From: a virus
Taxonomy: Duplodnaviria > Heunggongvirae > Uroviricota > Caudoviricetes
Reading direction: 5' to 3' (one strand)
IMG/VR virus record: IMGVR_UViG_2660237930_000001
Length of the DNA: 12,927 nt
Shown piece after piece: positions 9,724-12,927 of this stretch. The number at the start of each line of letters is the position of its first letter. The stretch's first letter is position 1. Position numbers and translations under genes: made by a program. Under the pieces are notes generated by a model. That model ran no database searches, was not told the origin of the DNA, and was given only the letters and a program-made list of their open reading frames with translations.

Positions 9724-10731
9724 TTGTATGGTATGTCAATGGCCATGTCGGTCGGGAGTTGTGCAACACCTGTCCAGACTAATTTTCCTGGTTACACCCC
9801 GGGTGCAGATATCATTAGTGTTTCACCCACCAGAAACCAGGTCGATCTCATTGGTGATGTTGTTTATTCCCAGATAAAAGGAACTCGTTCTGTCAGACAG
9901 CTTCACATGTCAGTTCTTGTCCCGCGAACAAATGATTTAAAACCAGCCATTATTTATTATCCCGGCGGCGGATTCATGTCTTCTGAACATGACAAATTTA
10001 TTGAAATGAGAATGGCTCTGGCTGAAGCTGGTTTTGTTGTGGCCGCTGTAGAATACAGAACAATTCCTGATACATTTCCAGCACCAGTTGAGGATGGGAA
10101 AGCTGCAATACGTTACTTGAGAGAACATGCCAGCGATTATGGGATTGATCCTCAAAGAATCGGAGTTCTGGGTGACTCTGCCGGTGGATGGCTTGCCCAG
10201 ATGATGGGAACTACAAATGGTGACAAAACCTTTAATAAAGGTGACTTTCTTCAGCAATCAGCAGATGTTCAGGCAGTTGCCACACTTTATGGGATTTCTG
10301 ACTTGTTGAATATTGGCGAGGGGTTCCCTGAATCAGTGCAGGAGGTTCATCGATCTCCTGCCGTAACCGAAGCCTTAATGATCAATGGCCCTGCATTCAG
10401 AAGTTTTGCGGGAGCCCCCATAACAGCGTCAAAAGAAAAAGCGCTAAACGCCAGTCCAATCGGACATATGAAAGGAGTAAAACCCCCATTTCTTATTATG
10501 CATGGTAGCAAAGACACTCTGGTTTCACCTGAGCAAAGCGCCAAACTATTCAGGATGTTGAAGAAGAACGGCGATAACGCTGAGTACGTTCTGGTAGAAG
10601 GGGCTGAGCATGGCGATAATACATGGTATCAGCCAATTATTATAAACAGAGTTGTTGAGTGGTTTACTAAAAACCTGGGAACCCCCATAAAAACCGCTAC
10701 CCAACAACAAAAAACAAACGCTGACCTGTAA
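9724..10731 (+). CDS. Alpha/beta-hydrolase fold esterase/lipase-like serine hydrolase (cargo gene); probable lipoprotein if translation starts further upstream (in-frame to 9688)
   Basis: 335-aa ORF with oxyanion-hole-like YYPGGGF, nucleophile elbow GDSAGG (G-x-S-x-G), and C-terminal IMHGSKDTLV and EGAEHGD consistent with a catalytic Asp and His. Visibly more AT-rich than the flanking phage genes (by eye, not computed). The 9724 start is a TTG; in-frame ATGs at 9733, 9739 and 9745. Confidence 0.8.
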   Translation: MYGMSMAMSVGSCATPVQTNFPGYTPGADIISVSPTRNQVDLIGDVVYSQIKGTRSVRQLHMSVLVPRTNDLKPAIIYYPGGGFMSSEHDKFIEMRMALAEAGFVVAAVEYRTIPDTFPAPVEDGKAAIRYLREHASDYGIDPQRIGVLGDSAGGWLAQMMGTTNGDKTFNKGDFLQQSADVQAVATLYGISDLLNIGEGFPESVQEVHRSPAVTEALMINGPAFRSFAGAPITASKEKALNASPIGHMKGVKPPFLIMHGSKDTLVSPEQSAKLFRMLKKNGDNAEYVLVEGAEHGDNTWYQPIIINRVVEWFTKNLGTPIKTATQQQKTNADL

Positions 10732-10734
10732 AAA

Positions 10735-10765
10735 GCAGCCCGCACTTATGCGGGCTAACCTATTT
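10735..10765 (+). terminator. Rho-independent terminator candidate after the hydrolase gene
   Basis: AGCCCGCA-CTTA-TGCGGGCT (8-bp stem) beginning about 5 nt after the stop, followed by a moderately T-rich CTATTTC. Confidence 0.5.
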
Positions 10766-10768
10766 CAC

Positions 10769-10795
10769 TCGATTCAAAAGAAATTATTTTTAATG
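10769..10795. repeat. Left copy of an imperfect direct repeat of about 27 bp (perfect 15-bp core AAATTATTTTTAATG at 10781-10795) flanking the recombinase gene
   Basis: TCGATTCAAAAGAAATTATTTTTAATG here versus TCGTTTAAAAACAAATTATTTTTAATG at 12842-12868, same orientation. Confidence 0.6.
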
Positions 10796-11080
10796 GGGGC
10801 GTGACCAGCCTCTCGGTGCTCAGATACTTAATGAAGTGGAGTGGCATTCAGGCAAGAGGTTAACATCACCTGTTCGCCATAACCAAGCACGTGCACAAAG
10901 TTTGTTATCAGTGAATTGTTTTGTGATTGGGTATTGTTGAGCTACTAGAGCAAGAATGCCAACATCCAGTGGCAGTGCCTATAGTAAAACTATAGCTCAG
11001 GGCGCTTCGTTCAAGATAGTTAATATCATATTAGTCACTTTACTTTCATACCATAGCACGGTTGAAAAAGTGATTATTAC

Positions 11081-12607
11081 TCAAAAATAAATCTCACCAT
11101 CAACCATATATTTAAGAGTACTTATCGCCTGCTGGGCGGATATTACTTTCATTAAAGGATAGTGTTTAAAAACAATGCCATTCATAAAATAGATATCACA
11201 GGTTTTATTATCTGTATTAATTATAATTTTTTCGAATATTTTATAGGCAAGTGTACGACATAGCTCTCGCCCATTTTTACTGGTTAAATCAATAGCATGA
11301 AAATCACCAAGTGAACTCACCCCTTTACTCTTCAAAGTTTTTAATGATACCGAAGCCCTTCGTAATTCCTTATCTAATAGTCTTATTTTCTCTGCTATAG
11401 CGGTAACTTCAGGCGCGACAGACAATGCAACGATTAAATTATTAATTTTCATCTGAAGCTCAATAATTTTTAACTCTAAAGTTTCATTAGCATCTTTCTT
11501 GTTTTCAACTGGTTGAATTTTGCTACAATTAAAAAGCAATTCATTAATGATATTATAATCAACCAAATCTCTTTTTATTGATGGTCTGTCACATCGATGT
11601 AATCTTCTCATCGGACAAACATAATAGCCATGCAAACTTCCAGATACCGCATGAACAATCATGGTATTACCACAAGCCTCACACTTCATAACTGTTCGAA
11701 GTAGATTTATTAGCATAGGATTCTTGCTACTATTGCTAATACCAAAAGGTGCCAACCGAATTTCCTGTACAGCGTAAAACAAATCATCTGATATGACTCT
11801 GGGATAATAGCCAGCGATTTCACTTATCCCTTTCCCTCTTGCACGATATGAAGGTACGCATATACCTATCAGAGCTTTATTCGCTAATAATTTTTCAATT
11901 ACAGAAGGTCCCCATGCACTTTCTTTTCCTGAGAAATTCTTTACAGCATGATCATTTAAATACTTGGCTATTGCATTCAATGAGCGCCTTTCCATCCTGA
12001 GTTTAAAAATTAGCTCAATAGTTTTCACCCTGTCGGGGTCTGGAACAAAAGCCGTTCTTTTGTCATCCAATGAGAGCCATCTCGGACAAGAAGCCGTCAT
12101 AATCGTGCCTGACTCCAGTGCATCCTGCCGTTTTTTCTTCCATGATAATTTAACCCGACTTGACTTTATCTCGCTTTCTTCATTTGCCCTTTGTGCTATA
12201 AGTATGGCTTTTATTAATGAATATGGCTCATTCAATGAGTCAATATTATAGACTGTATTATCGCAAAGAGTTATAACATCAATACCGTGATTCAAAATCA
12301 ATTTCAGACGCTCAATCGCTTCACCGACTTTTTCTCTTGAAAGTCTGTCCAGACTTTCAACTAACAATGTAGTCCCTGGCAATATATAACCATGTTCTAT
12401 AGCATCTAAAAATTCCGAAAAAGCTCCTGATTGTGCATGCTTTCCATTGAATGCGCTTAACCCCAAATCTTCATACGTTACGGTATCAAGGTAATAATCA
12501 CTATTTACCTTTAGCCATTCAGTAATAAGCCTTCTCTGGCGGTTTAATGAATCACCAGACATCTGACCTGGTGATGAAAATCGCATATATGCTATGGCTT
12601 TTTTCAT
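11081..12607 (-). CDS. ybcK: Large serine recombinase (resolvase/invertase-type N-terminal catalytic domain, recombinase domain, Cys-rich zinc-ribbon region)
   Basis: 508-aa ORF. N-terminus AIAYMRFSSPGQMSGDSLNRQ is typical of the serine-recombinase catalytic domain (nucleophilic Ser in RFSS); Cys cluster C-x2-C ... C-x5-C in the middle. AGGTG Shine-Dalgarno 5 nt upstream. Very AT-rich. Size and position resemble DLP12 YbcK, but the symbol is assigned from memory. Confidence 0.85.
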   Translation of the reverse strand: MKKAIAYMRFSSPGQMSGDSLNRQRRLITEWLKVNSDYYLDTVTYEDLGLSAFNGKHAQSGAFSEFLDAIEHGYILPGTTLLVESLDRLSREKVGEAIERLKLILNHGIDVITLCDNTVYNIDSLNEPYSLIKAILIAQRANEESEIKSSRVKLSWKKKRQDALESGTIMTASCPRWLSLDDKRTAFVPDPDRVKTIELIFKLRMERRSLNAIAKYLNDHAVKNFSGKESAWGPSVIEKLLANKALIGICVPSYRARGKGISEIAGYYPRVISDDLFYAVQEIRLAPFGISNSSKNPMLINLLRTVMKCEACGNTMIVHAVSGSLHGYYVCPMRRLHRCDRPSIKRDLVDYNIINELLFNCSKIQPVENKKDANETLELKIIELQMKINNLIVALSVAPEVTAIAEKIRLLDKELRRASVSLKTLKSKGVSSLGDFHAIDLTSKNGRELCRTLAYKIFEKIIINTDNKTCDIYFMNGIVFKHYPLMKVISAQQAISTLKYMVDGEIYF

Positions 12608-12841
12608 GGTGACACCTGCTAAAGTATGCTTTTATAAACCTTAGTGGTGAGATATGATTTTTGTTTAATTTTTATTTAAAAAGACAATTAAGGTCACATT
12701 ATCTTGAATATACAACAATAATCGCATTGCAATTTTCTTACACCATAATCTTGAAAGCACAAAAGAATGAATAAAAACTAAAGACATTAACAAAAAGCAT
12801 AAAACGAGGCCCATATAAATATACGAGCCTCCATATTTTAG

Positions 12842-12868
12842 TCGTTTAAAAACAAATTATTTTTAATG
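12842..12868. repeat. Right copy of the direct repeat flanking the recombinase gene (core 12854-12868)
   Basis: See the left copy; the two cores are 2073 bp apart and bracket the recombinase ORF with its upstream region. Confidence 0.6.
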
Positions 12869-12927
12869 TGGTGTGCTTCGTGACAATAAATTAATAACCA
12901 ACACACCGGCACAAATCAACATCATGC

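Noticed and set aside
10985-11010. tRNA-like fragment CTATAGCTCAGGGCGC, possibly an attachment-site remnant
   Set aside because: Only resembles the first part of a tRNA D-arm; no acceptor stem, anticodon arm or T-arm (GGTTCGAATCC-like) anywhere nearby, so no tRNA can be supported.
4998-12251. Remaining antisense track ORFs (4998-5240, 6729-6932, 7817-8314, 7821-8048, 8085-8285, 8429-8986, 8998-9318, 9015-9224, 9131-9394, 9937-10257, 10347-10544, 11964-12251)
   Set aside because: Each overlaps a well-supported gene on the opposite strand or in another frame and shows no start signals or recognisable protein features.

Overview
This window is the late/packaging region of a mosaic lambdoid prophage of an Enterobacteriaceae host (E. 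coli-like), with phage late genes on the minus strand. Reading from high to low coordinates: a large serine recombinase (11081-12607, -), an AT-rich alpha/beta-hydrolase cargo gene (9724-10731, +), nin-region genes ylcH-ybcN-ninE-ybcO-rusA-ylcG, a phage-82/DLP12-type Q antiterminator, an nmpC/Lc-type porin moron (+), a phage-21-type lysis cassette (pinholin S, SAR endolysin R, lambda-type Rz/Rz1), bor (+), an intact lambda-type cos site, and lambda-like Nu1, A, W and the 5' part of portal gene B. All protein identifications rest on my recall of the reference proteins against the supplied translations; no database search was run. The main things worth a second look are: a direct repeat bracketing the recombinase gene; the hydrolase cargo gene, whose predicted lipoprotein signal peptide is in frame behind an ATA rather than ATG codon; an apparent +1 frameshift splitting the endolysin; and several repeats and hairpins in the intergenic regions. 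I found no CRISPR array, tRNA or rRNA.
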